A stretch of 64,000 nucleotides of DNA, taken from NCBI GenBank assembly GCA_963771075.1, contig CAVYSE010000003.1, forward strand, positions 160,001 to 224,000, in the 5' to 3' direction. Under the pieces are notes generated by a model. The model was given only the letters and a program-made list of their open reading frames with translations, made no database searches and was not told where the DNA came from. Made by a program: the position numbers and the translations under genes. This document shows, one piece after another, positions 52,495 through 64,000 of the stretch (position 1 is its first letter; the number at the start of each line of letters is the position of its first letter). The DNA comes from a candidate division FCPU426 bacterium (GTDB lineage Bacteria; Oederibacteriota; Muellerivitia; Muellerivitales; Muellerivitaceae).

Positions 52495-53769
52495 TTACTT
52501 CGCGAAGGGGTTGCTATAGACCGCCTGCTTGCCCAACTCGGCCTCGATCTCCAGGAGCCGGTTGTACTTGCAGATGCGCTCGCTGCGGCAAGCCGAACCC
52601 GTCTTGATCTGGCCGCCACCCATGGCCACCGCCAAATCGGCGATAAAGGCGTCCTCGGTCTCTCCCGAACGGTGGGAGATGATGTAGCCCCATCCAGCCT
52701 TCTGGCACATCTGGATGGTCTCAATGGTCTCGGTGACCGAACCGATCTGGTTGAGTTTGATCAAGACCGAATTGGCGGCCTTTTCCTTGATGCCCTTGGC
52801 CACGAACTGGGTGTTGGTCACGAATAGATCGTCCCCGACGATCTGGATCTTGTCGCCCATAACCTTCGTCATCTCCTTGAAGCCGGCCCAGTCGTTTTCG
52901 GATAAACCGTCCTCGATCGAGACGATGGGGTACTTGTCAATCCAGGCCTTCCACAGATCGACCATCTGCTGGCTATTTTTCTTGCCCTGGCCCGACTTGG
53001 CCATGTCATAGGCGTTGTTCTCGAAGAAGGAACTGGTGGCCGGGTCCAAGGCGATGGCCACATCCTGGCCGGGCTTGAGGCCGGCGTTCTTGATGGCCTC
53101 GACGATGACCTCGCAGGCTTCCTCATTGCTCTTCAGGTTAGGGGCGAAACCGCCCTCGTCGCCCACGCCTGTGGCGTATTTTTGCTTGTGCAGGATGGCC
53201 TTGAGGGCATGAAACACTTCCGAACCCCAGCGCAGGGCTTCGGCGAAGGTAGGAGCCCCGATCGGCATGGCCATGAATTCCTGGAAGTCCACGCTGTTGT
53301 CGGCGTGAACTCCGCCGTTGATGATATTCATCATGGGTGCGGGCAGGCGCTTGGCGCCGGTGCCACCCAGGTAGGCGTAAAGGGGAACCTTGGCCTCGAT
53401 GGAGGCGGCGCGTGCCACGGCCATGGAGACGCCCAGGATTGCGTTGGCGCCCAGTTTTCCCTTATTGGAGGTTCCGTCCAACTCGATCATGCGGTAGTCC
53501 AAATTGGCCTGCTTGAAGGCGTCCATCCCCTTGACGGCCGGGTTGATGGTTTTGTTCACATTTTCCACCGCTTTCAATACACCTTTGCCGCCAAAACGCT
53601 TTTTGTCGCCATCGCGCAATTCCACGGCCTCATGCTCGCCCGTGGAAGCGCCGGAAGGCACCGAAGCGGAAGCGACCACGCCGCTTTCCAGTTCCGCGAA
53701 GACCCGAACGGTTGGATTTCCCCGCGAATCAAGAATTTCCAAGGCTTTGACGGAAGATATCTTTGACAT
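52495..53769 (-). CDS. eno: Enolase
   Basis: [32 protein letters not shown]. Confidence 0.98.
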   Translation of the reverse strand: MSKISSVKALEILDSRGNPTVRVFAELESGVVASASVPSGASTGEHEAVELRDGDKKRFGGKGVLKAVENVNKTINPAVKGMDAFKQANLDYRMIELDGTSNKGKLGANAILGVSMAVARAASIEAKVPLYAYLGGTGAKRLPAPMMNIINGGVHADNSVDFQEFMAMPIGAPTFAEALRWGSEVFHALKAILHKQKYATGVGDEGGFAPNLKSNEEACEVIVEAIKNAGLKPGQDVAIALDPATSSFFENNAYDMAKSGQGKKNSQQMVDLWKAWIDKYPIVSIEDGLSENDWAGFKEMTKVMGDKIQIVGDDLFVTNTQFVAKGIKEKAANSVLIKLNQIGSVTETIETIQMCQKAGWGYIISHRSGETEDAFIADLAVAMGGGQIKTGSACRSERICKYNRLLEIEAELGKQAVYSNPFAK

Positions 53770-54017
53770 TTTTCAACTCTCCTTTAAACAGGTGGATGCC
53801 GCTTCCCGACATCTTATTCTTATGCCGTTTCCGGCCAATATGACTTGAGTCTTACAACGATCCGACAAATTTAAGGGTACCTCTAAAAAACGGCTTTAAA
53901 ATTTTGTCGGCATGTGGTGAATATTTATATGTTCCCTTCATGTTTTCAATAATGAATCATCGAAAGGCACCTGATTTTACACAAACTTTTCCCCGACCGA
54001 GGGGGATAAATTGAAAT

Positions 54018-54386
54018 TTAATCCAGTTTCGGGGTTTGGGTATGTTTGCCAGATTCATGATGATAATGAAGAACCTGGATATCCTGTATCGTCACCAAAC
54101 AATGCTTAGGAAGCATTGGCTCAACTGCGTTAAGGGCCTTGTGAATCTCCTTGGGATTGTCCACCACCTCAATAATCATAGGTAGGTTCTCGGTAACTTC
54201 GATGATCCGCCCCGTGTGCATGTGCAGGGAGGATCCAAACCCCTCGATTCCCTTGAAGACCGTCGCTCCCGCCAACTTTAGCTCGATCAGTTTGTCCATG
54301 ATGGCCTTATAAACCAGTTTGCCCTCATATTTCTTGTCTTCGTCCACAAAGATACGAAGGATTTTGCATTTCCCCACGATGGACAT
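54018..54386 (-). CDS. DUF190 (PII-like) protein
   Basis: LRIFVDE..AGATVFKGIEGFG..LPMIIEVVD. Confidence 0.85.
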   Translation of the reverse strand: MSIVGKCKILRIFVDEDKKYEGKLVYKAIMDKLIELKLAGATVFKGIEGFGSSLHMHTGRIIEVTENLPMIIEVVDNPKEIHKALNAVEPMLPKHCLVTIQDIQVLHYHHESGKHTQTPKLD

Positions 54387-54559
54387 AACGGCCTCCCTTT
54401 GGAGTGATAAAGGCTCGTTCAACGGTTCCTACTTTACCACTCCGGTCAAACCGCATTGAAATTATCGGCCTTCCAATTAAGCACCTGAAAACGCTCATTG
54501 AGGTCCCAGCCCCCAAGTGTTAATTTTAAAGGCTGGCGGATTCTTTCAGGAGGCGGTTC

Positions 54560-55498
54560 TTGAAGCGCATCTTTGGCTATCGAATCTTATTCCTTACCCT
54601 AATGGCACTCTTAAGTGGGGCCGGATGCACTTCCCTCTATATGCAAAGCACCTGGCTGAACCGGGACCTTTCCATAAACGGGAGCGCCCAGGACATTCCG
54701 GGGGGAGTCAATACCCTTTACGGGGATAAGATCTACCTGGGTGCCTCCAATAACAGCCTTTACCTCTGGCTCGCCTTGGTCATTAAGGATTCGGAAGGGA
54801 ATGTCTATTCCAACTATTCCCATGCCATCGCCTTGGACGGACTGACCGTTTGGATCGATCCCGAGGGCGAGGTGGCCAAGACCATCGGCATCCGCTTTCG
54901 GGGCTTGAGCGAGGCCGGAAGCCTTCAAACCATCCCCGCACCGCCCGACGCCCCCGACCAGGGCGGGCAACATCCGCTGGCGGTAGACCTCGCCTCCAAT
55001 GACCTGGAGATCATCAACGAAAAAGGATTCAGCACCTCTGCTTCCACCTGGTACCTGCGGCGTTTTGGGTTCGAGGCCAAAACCTATTACTGGGACAAGA
55101 ACTTCGTTTGCCTGATGAAATTGCCCCTGAAACCGGGAAAAGGTTCGCCCTTCCCCGCCGCCCTGGCCCAGAGCAAAACCCTGGGGGTTGATTTTGAGAG
55201 CGGGCATTTGGAAATTCGCAGGCCGAACAATATTACCCGCAGTGTCGTCCACAGCGGAGCCGCCACCCTCCAACAGGGAGCGGACGTGCCCATTTTGACC
55301 CCGATCATGAAGCCCATGCCCGGTGGCGTCGGTGGGATAGCTGGGGCTATGCAGGCCCAAAGCACGCCGGTCCTAGGGAACGTCGTGGGGGGGCCTGGCG
55401 CGGGCGAGGCTAGCGAGGACCCGGATAAATTGAGCTATTGGTTAAGTATCGATTTGGCATCGAAAAATGGGGCGGTCGCCCCGGCGGCCAAACCCTAA
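54560..55498 (+). CDS. Hypothetical lipoprotein
   Basis: Signal peptide with GAGC lipobox-like Cys. Confidence 0.65.
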   Translation: MKRIFGYRILFLTLMALLSGAGCTSLYMQSTWLNRDLSINGSAQDIPGGVNTLYGDKIYLGASNNSLYLWLALVIKDSEGNVYSNYSHAIALDGLTVWIDPEGEVAKTIGIRFRGLSEAGSLQTIPAPPDAPDQGGQHPLAVDLASNDLEIINEKGFSTSASTWYLRRFGFEAKTYYWDKNFVCLMKLPLKPGKGSPFPAALAQSKTLGVDFESGHLEIRRPNNITRSVVHSGAATLQQGADVPILTPIMKPMPGGVGGIAGAMQAQSTPVLGNVVGGPGAGEASEDPDKLSYWLSIDLASKNGAVAPAAKP

Positions 55499-55551
55499 AC
55501 GGGTTATACGATCCCTGAGATTGTTTCTTGTTGATGCGGAACATATCTTCA

Positions 55552-55980
55552 TTAAGTCGAGGAGGTTACGGGATCCTCCAAAAAATCTCCGGCCCAGCCT
55601 GGGTTCAATTCCTCTTTTTGGGGGTTGGTCCCTTGGACCGGGTCTCCATTCTGGTCGGCGGTTCTTGAATCAGGCCTGGTTTTATTTTGGATTTCTTTCG
55701 TTAGGTTCCTGGATGCCTCATCCAGGGCCTTTTTGAGCCTGAAAAACCCTATTCGACCGGCATAACGCTCACCCAGTTCCCTTATCAGCCCCTGCGACCC
55801 TTTCAGGTTCGTTCGGCTCCAGGGCCCGCAATAAAGGGCCGCCGATTTGGACCATTCATTAAATAGCCGGGCCCAATCCATGACCTTATGATTCGGAAGC
55901 GGCTGACTCTTGCCAAATTGTGAGATCAAGGAATGTAGCTCCCTATCCAGGCTCGGGTAAAAATCATTCGGATCATCCAA
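55552..55980 (-). CDS. Hypothetical protein, CGPWS paralog 2
   Basis: GAGGAGG RBS before TTG 55980; DWARLFNEW..CGPWS. Confidence 0.65.
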   Translation of the reverse strand: MDDPNDFYPSLDRELHSLISQFGKSQPLPNHKVMDWARLFNEWSKSAALYCGPWSRTNLKGSQGLIRELGERYAGRIGFFRLKKALDEASRNLTKEIQNKTRPDSRTADQNGDPVQGTNPQKEELNPGWAGDFLEDPVTSST

Positions 55981-56026
55981 TGGATACCTCCTCGTCCAAT
56001 GAAAAAGTGCGGGGATTGTTCCCGGT

Positions 56027-56473
56027 TTATCTCGCAAGGCTTGCTTTTCCCGGGCCTTTACCAGGAGTTTTCGCGAAAGCCTCATCCCAATTGAACCCCA
56101 TTTCATCCTTCCGGGAGACCATCGGATGAGCGGAAACATAACCCAACGCGAAATTTTCCAAATTGGGCTTCAAATCTTTCTTGAGTTCATGGGCGATGTT
56201 CCGGTAAGCCTCGCCCATCGCATTTCCCAGCGACAAATGGCCCGCTCTCCCGGAGGTGGCAATCTCCATTTGGCGGACGATATCGCGCGCGCGCACCAGG
56301 CTCAATTGGCTCCAGGGCCCGCAATGCTTCACGGCCGATTCGGCCCAGCGCAGAAAAAACTTCGCCCAGTCCAGGACCTCCTCGTTGTCGAACCCCTCGC
56401 ACATCCCGAAGTGCATGATCAATACGTTTAATTCATCGTCCAAAACTTCCAGGAAACTCTTCGAGGATTCCAT
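56027..56473 (-). CDS. Hypothetical protein, CGPWS paralog 1
   Basis: GGGGAGG RBS; DWAKFFLRW..CGPWS. Confidence 0.7.
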   Translation of the reverse strand: MESSKSFLEVLDDELNVLIMHFGMCEGFDNEEVLDWAKFFLRWAESAVKHCGPWSQLSLVRARDIVRQMEIATSGRAGHLSLGNAMGEAYRNIAHELKKDLKPNLENFALGYVSAHPMVSRKDEMGFNWDEAFAKTPGKGPGKASLAR

Positions 56474-56921
56474 GCTTCATTCCTCCCCTTTCGGCGACAT
56501 GCCAACCATGACGGGAGATTTTGAAACCGTTTCTTTACCCAGTCCCGTCCGAGGGTATGGGCATCGATAACGCAAACCTCGTGCCACATAAGGGAAGATT
56601 AATTAAAGGGATTCGCGATTGAGACCAACGGGAAACAGGGTAAATCCTACCCAAAAGGACATCACGACCCGTTACGAGGTTCAGGACGGACGAAGGCGAA
56701 CACAAACGGAAACCGGCTATTCGGCTTCCCCATATTATCGGCCTTTACTGCAACCCGATCCTTGAATACCATTTCGATTAGGCAGACGAACACATGTTTT
56801 AAGACCAACGGGTGAGCGGAAGGACAGGAAAAAGGGCGAAAGGGTCTATCTGAAATTGACCTGGATAGAAACCCATAATCGGCTCTGGTGGATTCCAAAC
56901 GGGAAATCATGCCGACATCGA

Positions 56922-57851
56922 TTACCGGTCGATGTCGCCTTCGGATTGGAACCCATCCGCGATCACGGTCGATTTCATGTTATTGACGTCCACCAGCAGG
57001 GGTTCCAACAGGATGCTGGGCACTTCCATTTTGCCGTTGTGAACCCTTTTGGTATCGGTAGGAAGGGGATCCTTATTCCCAAGGGCCACCGCCATTTCAG
57101 CGGCCACATGGGCCAATAAATGGACGGGTTTATAAACGGTCATGCTTTGGGTGCCCGCAGTCATTCGTTTGCAGGCCCCCATCTCAGCGTCCATGCCCGT
57201 GACCAACACCTTTCCGGCCAAGCCACGCTCCGACAATGCGTGGATAGCGCCCTGGGCCAGGTTGTCGTTGGTGGCCAGGACCGCGTCCACTTGGTTTCCG
57301 GCCCCATCCAGGGCCTTTTTCAGGATGGCGTGGGCTTCGGAGGGCAGCCAATCCTTCGCTTCCTGCTCCGCCACGATCTTGATGTCGCCGCGGGTAATAT
57401 AAGGCTGAAGGATATTCATCTGGCCTTGGCGGTAAAAGACGGAATTGTTATCCGCCGCTGGACCCCCGATGATCACGTAATTTCCCCGGGGTTTCCGTTT
57501 CACCAGGAAACCCGCTTGAAGTTCCCCGACCTTCACGTTGTCAAAGGAAACGAACAGATCCAGTGCGCAGTCCCTGATGAGTCGGTCATAGGCGATCACC
57601 CGGATTCCTTCCTTGCGGGCGAATTCCACAAGGGGAGCCGAAGTTCCCGTCAGGGATGAGAGGATGACCAGAACATCCGCGAACTTGGTCACCGCCTGGA
57701 GGGCGGCCGGGTCCAGGCTGTCCGAAGCCTGGTTGCTCGCCTGGAACATCACGTTCACGCCCAGGGACCTCACCTTCTCCACGAACAGCCGCCGGTCGGT
57801 CTGCCACCGCTCTTGCACCTGGCCCAGTGGCACAATGAGTTTGACCCGCAT
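56922..57851 (-). CDS. XylF-like sugar-binding protein lacking a signal peptide
   Basis: ERWQTDR, IAYDRLI, SFDNVKVG, DNNS, TGMDA, QSMTVYKP. Confidence 0.85.
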   Translation of the reverse strand: MRVKLIVPLGQVQERWQTDRRLFVEKVRSLGVNVMFQASNQASDSLDPAALQAVTKFADVLVILSSLTGTSAPLVEFARKEGIRVIAYDRLIRDCALDLFVSFDNVKVGELQAGFLVKRKPRGNYVIIGGPAADNNSVFYRQGQMNILQPYITRGDIKIVAEQEAKDWLPSEAHAILKKALDGAGNQVDAVLATNDNLAQGAIHALSERGLAGKVLVTGMDAEMGACKRMTAGTQSMTVYKPVHLLAHVAAEMAVALGNKDPLPTDTKRVHNGKMEVPSILLEPLLVDVNNMKSTVIADGFQSEGDIDR

Positions 57852-58079
57852 TCGCTTACCCCCGAACCCTTCACGGTTAAATGTATGTTCATTATATAGA
57901 GGAAGGAATATCAGGGGGCCCGCCCAATCGACTTAGACGGTCTTTTTATCCGTTAAATTACCAATTCAATTATTCAAAGAGGGGCCGCTGGAATAAAAAC
58001 GGCGTTAGGAGCCAATTTAAATGGCCGCTAACGCCGTGGAAAATTAAACCAAAATGGAATCAGCCAGTCAGGTCATTCC

Positions 58080-59402
58080 TTAAATACAGTTAAAGTTCAG
58101 GTCCGCGCAGATCTGGTAAACCTCACCCGAATGGGTGCCTACACCCGAAGGGGTGGTCCCGCCTGATTTCAAGATCACGCCCGACGGCATATCGACGATC
58201 ATCTTGGAAGCCGTCACGCAAAGGTGGCCGGAATTCATGGAGAGGTAAGGCTCGGTCAGGTTGTCCGGCCGGGTATCGGAAAGGGCGTAAAAATGCTCTT
58301 CCAGGGAATGGTCCGTGCCCTGGGTGGAGGGCTGGAACAGGAATCTTTTGCGTTCCGGGATGTGCAGGCTGCTACATACCGTTTCGCTAACCTGAATGCC
58401 CCGGCTGTCCAACAGGTAAAGGCATTCCAGGCCCGGATAATCGTCCATGATCAGGCGAAATTCCTTTTCCATCCCGGAAACCGGCACATCCTTCAGCCTT
58501 AAAAATAGGGCGTCCGCGAGTTTCTTGACCTTATTTTTCAAGCCCCACGTCTGGTTCGCCCTGATCTCCAATCGGCGGCGGAAGCGGTGGGCCAAAAAGG
58601 CCATCCGGGCCCTCAAACCCAGGGAGGGGTCACTGTGGTATTTATCCTTTTGGGTGAAATAACTCCCCTGGAGTAGGTCCGAGCCCAATTCCAGGGCGGT
58701 CAAGGCGTCCTCCTCATTGTCCAATCCCCCGGTAACCACCACGATGCCTAATTCATGGGCCAGCTTCACCGCTTCGATAAAATGGGTCCGCTTCTCTGGA
58801 TTGCGGGCCAGGCCCTGTACCATCCCATCCTCCAGCTTGATCAGGTCGGGATTGAACTTCATTAAAAGGTCGCGGTAGGGGGCACCATCCAGCACGTTCT
58901 TCAAGCAGACCAGGTAATGTTCGTTCTGGTGGTCATGGATGAACCGTAGGACCAGGTCGGTGTCCATTTTAGGGGCCAAGGGAATCTCCACCACCAATTG
59001 CTGGGGGGCCAGACCGTGTTCCGTCACCTGCCGGCGCAGGTAGCCCGAACCCACCGTTCCTTCCACCAGGATGGTTGGTTCCACTTCCATGAACAATAGC
59101 AGGTTGGGTTTATTGATGGACAGGCGCTTGAAGCCCTCCAGTCCCCTCTCTCGAAAAAGGCGGTTCAGCTCAAGTTTGACCTGAAAATCATCCACGCCCT
59201 GGCTCCGCAAAAGCCCCTCCGAGCCCACCAGGTCGAAAGTTTTGGGATCGACCCCACGGTAATGGGCTTCCAACCCGACCACGCCCATCTTTTGGACGGA
59301 AAAAATCGGCTCGTAAAAAGAAGCGACGACTTTTTCCGCCAGCATCATGAACGGCTCACTCAGCTTTTTGCCGTCTTTGACCGGCGTCGAATTCGAGTCC
59401 AT
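58080..59402 (-). CDS. YkuI-like protein, degenerate EAL domain plus C-terminal Cache-like domain
   Basis: YEPIFS..GLEAH, IKLE, LLQGSYF; GTDHS...EPYLS.NSG.LCVT. Confidence 0.75.
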   Translation of the reverse strand: MDSNSTPVKDGKKLSEPFMMLAEKVVASFYEPIFSVQKMGVVGLEAHYRGVDPKTFDLVGSEGLLRSQGVDDFQVKLELNRLFRERGLEGFKRLSINKPNLLLFMEVEPTILVEGTVGSGYLRRQVTEHGLAPQQLVVEIPLAPKMDTDLVLRFIHDHQNEHYLVCLKNVLDGAPYRDLLMKFNPDLIKLEDGMVQGLARNPEKRTHFIEAVKLAHELGIVVVTGGLDNEEDALTALELGSDLLQGSYFTQKDKYHSDPSLGLRARMAFLAHRFRRRLEIRANQTWGLKNKVKKLADALFLRLKDVPVSGMEKEFRLIMDDYPGLECLYLLDSRGIQVSETVCSSLHIPERKRFLFQPSTQGTDHSLEEHFYALSDTRPDNLTEPYLSMNSGHLCVTASKMIVDMPSGVILKSGGTTPSGVGTHSGEVYQICADLNFNCI

Positions 59403-59698
59403 GGCACCCTCCCCAGGTGATAAAAATGTTTGATTTCGCGTGAAGTTAAAGCATTTACCATGCCATTGCAAGGGATGGCAGAAATCATCTCAATGGTTTA
59501 AAAAATGGCGGAAATAATCAACTTATGGTTGGGATAAAGAAATATTCAGGGGAAATCGGAACGGAAATTGTTATGAGTCTGAAGTGTTAACGAATGATTG
59601 GTTGCACATTTCTACATATCTGTCGCCCAGAAATGGTTTTGGAATATTGTTCCCGAAGAGGAGCCTACGGCGTGTGTGGCATTCGTCTTTTTGCGTGG

Positions 59699-60076
59699 TT
59701 ATTTTTCGATGGCCGAATAAGTTGATAAAAAATCAGAAGCGGCTTCCCGCTCGGTCTTATAAACTTTAAAAATGTTGGTCAATTCCATTAATTCGAAAAC
59801 ATGAAAGATCTCATGGGTCATGCCCGAAAGTTTGAGGTCCCCCCCGTTCCTTCGAAAATTCTTGAGCTGACTGACCAAAACGCTGATCCCATCGCTGGTC
59901 ATAAAGGTGAGTCTTTCGAGATCCAGGATCACTTTATATTTCTTGAGCAGAAAAAGATTTTCGAGGAAGGAGGTAAGGTCGTCGGACGAATTGCCATCCA
60001 AGGTCCCTGTTAGGGCCACCACCTCGATGGAGGTATTCGACATTGCCTTACGGCGGGTAATCAACAATTGCCCCAT
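59699..60076 (-). CDS. STAS-domain anti-sigma-factor antagonist
   Basis: LDLERLTFMTSDG..GGDLKL..VFELM. Confidence 0.85.
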   Translation of the reverse strand: MGQLLITRRKAMSNTSIEVVALTGTLDGNSSDDLTSFLENLFLLKKYKVILDLERLTFMTSDGISVLVSQLKNFRRNGGDLKLSGMTHEIFHVFELMELTNIFKVYKTEREAASDFLSTYSAIEK

Positions 60077-60362
60077 GGACGTACCCTCTTTCCGCTCCCC
60101 TTAAACGGCAACCTAACCGACGACATGATAACCCAATCCTGGATATTGAAAAGGAGGGATATATCCGATATTTAAGAGAATCGGGGTGGGAACCCCAAAA
60201 TTGCACAATGAATGGCCGAACTTTCGTCCCGATCGAATCGATCCTTCCTAAAAGACCGGCTCAGTCCAGGGAATAGGCCTCATGATGCCCGTGGGGGTGA
60301 CACCGGATTAGACTAACTGGGAAAGGAAAATGCCTTACATTCCTAAAAAAGGAAGGCGGGTT

Positions 60363-60929
60363 TCAACGCGAGGCATCCTGGAAGGCCGGGGTCATATCGG
60401 TGATTTGGATTGTAATTTTTTTATTGGGGTTGGCGTCGGGATGGTCCGTCCCATAGTAAAGGAGCCTCAATATCCTTAAGGGGTGGTCGTCGGGAAGATG
60501 GGGTTCGCCATGCGCGTTCTTAGTGACGGCACCTACCAGTATGCAGCCCTTCGATTCTTCCGTCTTGTCGCCCCAGTGGATCAAAACCCCGCTTTTGGGG
60601 TGATTATCCCTTCCCACGGCATTCGCGATCTCGATCAAGAAATCGCCCTCTTTTCCCAATGCCCCATCAGGCCCCGCGACGATCTTTTTGTCCGCTTTCG
60701 TGCGCAAATATCCCCGGTAGGTCCCGGCTTTCACGCACCAGTCGTTGTTTTCGTAGGTGGCCCCGATTTTGGCTCCGTCCACGTAAAGGGTGCCGACGAT
60801 CAGTTTGCCCACCAGTTCTTCACGGAAAATTTGGATCGCGAATTCGTTCGGTTCGCCCGAATGTACGGGTATTCTCAACGCGAAGAGAGCGCACAAGAAA
60901 AAGGAGAGGGCTAATAATATGTTACGCAT
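60363..60929 (-). CDS. Secreted DUF5675-like protein
   Basis: Signal peptide; G.L...T.EN..GTY; LIHWGD...SKGCILVG. Confidence 0.6.
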   Translation of the reverse strand: MRNILLALSFFLCALFALRIPVHSGEPNEFAIQIFREELVGKLIVGTLYVDGAKIGATYENNDWCVKAGTYRGYLRTKADKKIVAGPDGALGKEGDFLIEIANAVGRDNHPKSGVLIHWGDKTEESKGCILVGAVTKNAHGEPHLPDDHPLRILRLLYYGTDHPDANPNKKITIQITDMTPAFQDASR

Positions 60930-60998
60930 GGTTCTCCCCGATTATTCCGGACCGCCCGGGAACCGATTCCCGGTTCCCTAATTTTACCCCATTTTCCA

Positions 60999-61256
60999 TC
61001 AACCTTTGGGAAACACGCACCGTTCTCTTTGCTGATACACAAAAACCCAGCCCACATTCCATTCCGCGGGTACTTGGGCCGAAATGAAATAAACGCCGGT
61101 CGGGACCGGGTTGCCCGATTGATCGTTCCCATCCCCAGCCAACCTCACTGCGGATGGGGCCGTCACGTTTTGGCTCCACAAGTTTCTGACTACGGCTCCC
61201 GAATCGTTATAAATGCCGACGTTCAAGGGACTCGGAAAATATTGATCCGTCAACAC
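60999..61256 (-). pseudogene. Remnant of a FlgD-Ig/sorting-type C-terminal domain
   Basis: IYNDSGAVVRNL..GNPVPTGVYF resembles repeats in 61556-64000; no clear start. Confidence 0.45.
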
Positions 61257-61555
61257 GATGGTCAGCTGGGAGGGTACACCGGAAAACGTCGCACAGGGTT
61301 TGATGCTGTGCTTGAAAACAGGATCTCATCCCCCCGGGGACCCGCAAGTCACCGGGAGCACTAGGGGCAAATTCAGCCTGGATGGCTAGTTAACCGCTAT
61401 GAATGGTCGTGAACTTCTTAGGGCCCTACCGCCCTGCCAGTTGATCTATCTCGCGACCTATGCCACCGGAAAATGGCTGGCAGGATCCTGAAAAAATCTT
61501 GAAGGGTATTTTGACTTCCCTAACCTTATCCAATTGCATTGGTTTAAATCTCTAT

Positions 61556-64000
61556 TTACCGAACCACGACGATCTTGAGGCTCTTGCGGCCCGCCAAGAC
61601 CCCTTGAGGGTCGCGGGCCTCCAATAGCGCGAAATAAAGCCCACTGGCCACCCCAGAAGCGTCCCAAAAAGCCAGGTTTGAACCTGCCGGGCCGGACAGG
61701 TTTCCCACAACCAACTCACCGGCCGCGTCATAAACCCGCCCCTCCAGGGTGAGACTCAGTGCGGAATCCGAAACGAACTGGATTCGGTAGCCCGATTTCG
61801 GATTCGCCAGGTTTGGCCTTGCCGTCAGGTTCCCCAGCCCCGCGTTCGGGTTGTCCGACAGCACCATCACATGGGCCGACAGCACTGTTTCCCCTCCTTC
61901 GCCGTCCTTCGAACTGACTTGGATGAAATACTGCCCCGATGGCACGATCACCCCGTTGTCCGCGGTCCCATCCCATACGACCGTGGTCCCGCCACCGATC
62001 GTGAGGGTGACTTGGGTCGGGAGGTTCCCTTTCGGTGGTCCGCTTGTGGGCTCAAAACTGGACGTGGATAACTGCAGCTGGGCGTTCGGGGCCGGTCCGG
62101 CGCTTCCCGCATAGGCGTAGAGATTGCGTACCACTTCCCCGGCCTCGTTGAAAATCTTCACCGTCAACCGGGCCACCGTGCGGTTAACCATCACCGACTC
62201 GGTCACGCTCGTCACCGAGCCCAGGCTGCTGATACTTTCCACCTTCACGAAATACTGCCCATTCGGCACCGGAACTCCGGAGGCGTTCATGCCGTTCCAC
62301 ATTTCAATCGGAACCCCCTCGAAATAAACCGTGGTAGAGCTGCCCGGTCCGCTCACCGCCGTGATCGTGTCCGAGCTGAGGGTGAAGCCGTTGATTGGCT
62401 GGGCGTATTGGCTCACCGGCAGGGTCGCCACCCATTCCCCCGCCTCGTTGTAGACATCGATTTTTACCGTGAATTGCCCCGTCGTTCGCAGGCTTGCGCA
62501 GGATGTGACGGGGCCCGATCCCGAATAGGACATCACCGCGCAGTTCTGGATTGCCAGTCCGCCCGGCACCAGGTCCTTCACCTTCACTTGATAAGTCATC
62601 TGGTATTGTCCCGGGAACAGGGGGGATGGCATCTGCCAACTCAACATCGAGACTGCCGGGTCGTAGCTCGCGGCGGCGCCTGTGGGTATGTTCCCGAAGG
62701 ATTGGAATGTCAGGTCGTCCGGCAAGGGGTCGGTGACCAGCAGGTTGGAAAGACCACTTCCCGTCACATTCAAGGTGAGGGAATAAAGCACTTCCCCTCC
62801 TCCCTCAACGCTGGATGCGGAGGACTGCTTGATCAGGGTCGCGCTACCCGGTGGGGTCGCCGTCGCTGTGGAAGTCAAGGTCGCGGTCACGGTCGGGGTC
62901 CAGGTGAAGCTGGAAGTGAGCGTCGAGGTCGGGGTGAAAGTGGAGGTTCGGCTCGGGGTCATCGAGGGGCTCTGGGTCATGGATGGGCTACTCGTGGGAG
63001 TCAAGGTGGCAGTGGAGGTCGGGATCGGTGTGGCCGTGGACGTCACGGTCGACGTGGACGTCACGGTCTCCGTAGACGTTACCGTCGGCGTGGAAGTCAG
63101 GGTCATCGTGTATGAGACTGTCAAGGTGAGGGTGGGGGTAGCCGAGGACGAAGCGGTTCGGGTGACCGTTTCGGTCACGGTGGCCGAAAGCGTCATCGTA
63201 TCCGTCGGGGTCAAGCTGAAGGTGGTGGTTGCGGTCACGGTCGGAGTGAAGGTGGGGCTGGGCGTCGCGGTGAGGGTCGGAGTTGGGGTCACGGAAGGGG
63301 TATTAGGGGGCGTCACGGTCAAGGTCGGAGTAGAGGTCAAGGTATCGGTCGGGGTCGCCGTAGAAGAATCGGTCGCGGTAAGGGTGGAAGTCGGAGTATC
63401 GGTCGGAGTGAGGGTCGGGGTATCCGTAATAGTTGGGGTCAGGGGAAAGGTGTTTGTCCAGGTCGCGGTGAGGGTCAGGGTGGGCGTTTCGGTGACCGTC
63501 GGGGTGACTGAATTGGTGGGTGAATGAGTTGGGGTCATCGTAGGGGTGGATGTAAAAGTGGGTGTTTGGGTGTTGGTGGGAGTCGGGGTGGGTGTCATCG
63601 TTGGGCTAGGAGTCGAAGTATTTGTCGGAGTCACCGTATAAGTATGGGTGGCCGTCAGGGTGTTCGTTACAGTATCGGTGGGGGTCACCGTGGCGGTGTT
63701 GGTCACCGTTGGAGTATTGGTAATCGTTGGGGTTAAAAGGAAAGTTTGGGTCCAGGTCGGGGTAAGGGTCACCGTCGGGCTTAAGGTGGGGCTGGGCGTT
63801 ACCGTCGGGGTATAGGTAGTCGTGGGAGTCGGGGTGCGGGTGAGCGTATTCGTGGGGGTCGGGGTCGGCGTTTGGGAAGGCGTATTTGTCGGTGTAAATG
63901 TAGGTGTATTGGAATTGGTAGGCGTAGGGGTTGGGCTGGGCGTGTTGGTGGGTGTATTGGTTGCGGTGGAGGTAGGGGTGGAGGTGTTCGTCGGGGTGGT
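61556..64000 (-). CDS. Large Thr/Pro-rich surface protein (5' end outside the window) with DUF11-like and FlgD-Ig-like domains
   Basis: Long TPT repeats; [11 protein letters not shown]; repeated YNEAGE..W.G...V..G.YF; ends KIVVVR. Confidence 0.85.
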   Translation of the reverse strand, partial: TTPTNTSTPTSTATNTPTNTPSPTPTPTNSNTPTFTPTNTPSQTPTPTPTNTLTRTPTPTTTYTPTVTPSPTLSPTVTLTPTWTQTFLLTPTITNTPTVTNTATVTPTDTVTNTLTATHTYTVTPTNTSTPSPTMTPTPTPTNTQTPTFTSTPTMTPTHSPTNSVTPTVTETPTLTLTATWTNTFPLTPTITDTPTLTPTDTPTSTLTATDSSTATPTDTLTSTPTLTVTPPNTPSVTPTPTLTATPSPTFTPTVTATTTFSLTPTDTMTLSATVTETVTRTASSSATPTLTLTVSYTMTLTSTPTVTSTETVTSTSTVTSTATPIPTSTATLTPTSSPSMTQSPSMTPSRTSTFTPTSTLTSSFTWTPTVTATLTSTATATPPGSATLIKQSSASSVEGGGEVLYSLTLNVTGSGLSNLLVTDPLPDDLTFQSFGNIPTGAAASYDPAVSMLSWQMPSPLFPGQYQMTYQVKVKDLVPGGLAIQNCAVMSYSGSGPVTSCASLRTTGQFTVKIDVYNEAGEWVATLPVSQYAQPINGFTLSSDTITAVSGPGSSTTVYFEGVPIEMWNGMNASGVPVPNGQYFVKVESISSLGSVTSVTESVMVNRTVARLTVKIFNEAGEVVRNLYAYAGSAGPAPNAQLQLSTSSFEPTSGPPKGNLPTQVTLTIGGGTTVVWDGTADNGVIVPSGQYFIQVSSKDGEGGETVLSAHVMVLSDNPNAGLGNLTARPNLANPKSGYRIQFVSDSALSLTLEGRVYDAAGELVVGNLSGPAGSNLAFWDASGVASGLYFALLEARDPQGVLAGRKSLKIVVVR

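Noticed and set aside
62830..64000. Tandem DNA repeat or array
   Set aside because: The periodicity is explained by Thr-Pro-Thr low-complexity coding with varied codons.

Overview
Bacterial genomic window with signalling, carbohydrate-active and housekeeping genes (nadB, type III glnA, eno) and two accessory regions. (1) 6.3-15.2 kb is an integron-like array of eight short co-oriented minus-strand cassettes: four toxin-antitoxin pairs, DUF1330, a GNAT and two orphans. The cassettes are separated not by attC sites but by nine copies of a 26-bp near-palindrome, GTCCA-N4-GGG-TC-CCC-N4-TGGAC (12-2-12). One copy is split at its centre by a 3'-truncated group II intron, a complete group II intron sits 1 nt from another copy, and a tenth copy occurs alone at 49.8 kb. 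No recombinase gene is present in the window. This is the best candidate for an undescribed system. (2) 21.8-37.5 kb is a type I-E CRISPR-Cas locus with 44 repeats. Its array is interrupted by an IS30-family element and its cas8e/cse1 gene by an IS200-type element. The operon also carries three translationally coupled extra genes (DinD-like, YhcG/DUF1016, winged-HTH) and four CCAATT-N19-AATTGG boxes upstream of the HTH-cas1-cas2 block. Several frameshifts (ABC transporter, GH3) suggest indel errors in the assembly. All family assignments come from motif recognition by eye; no database searches were run.
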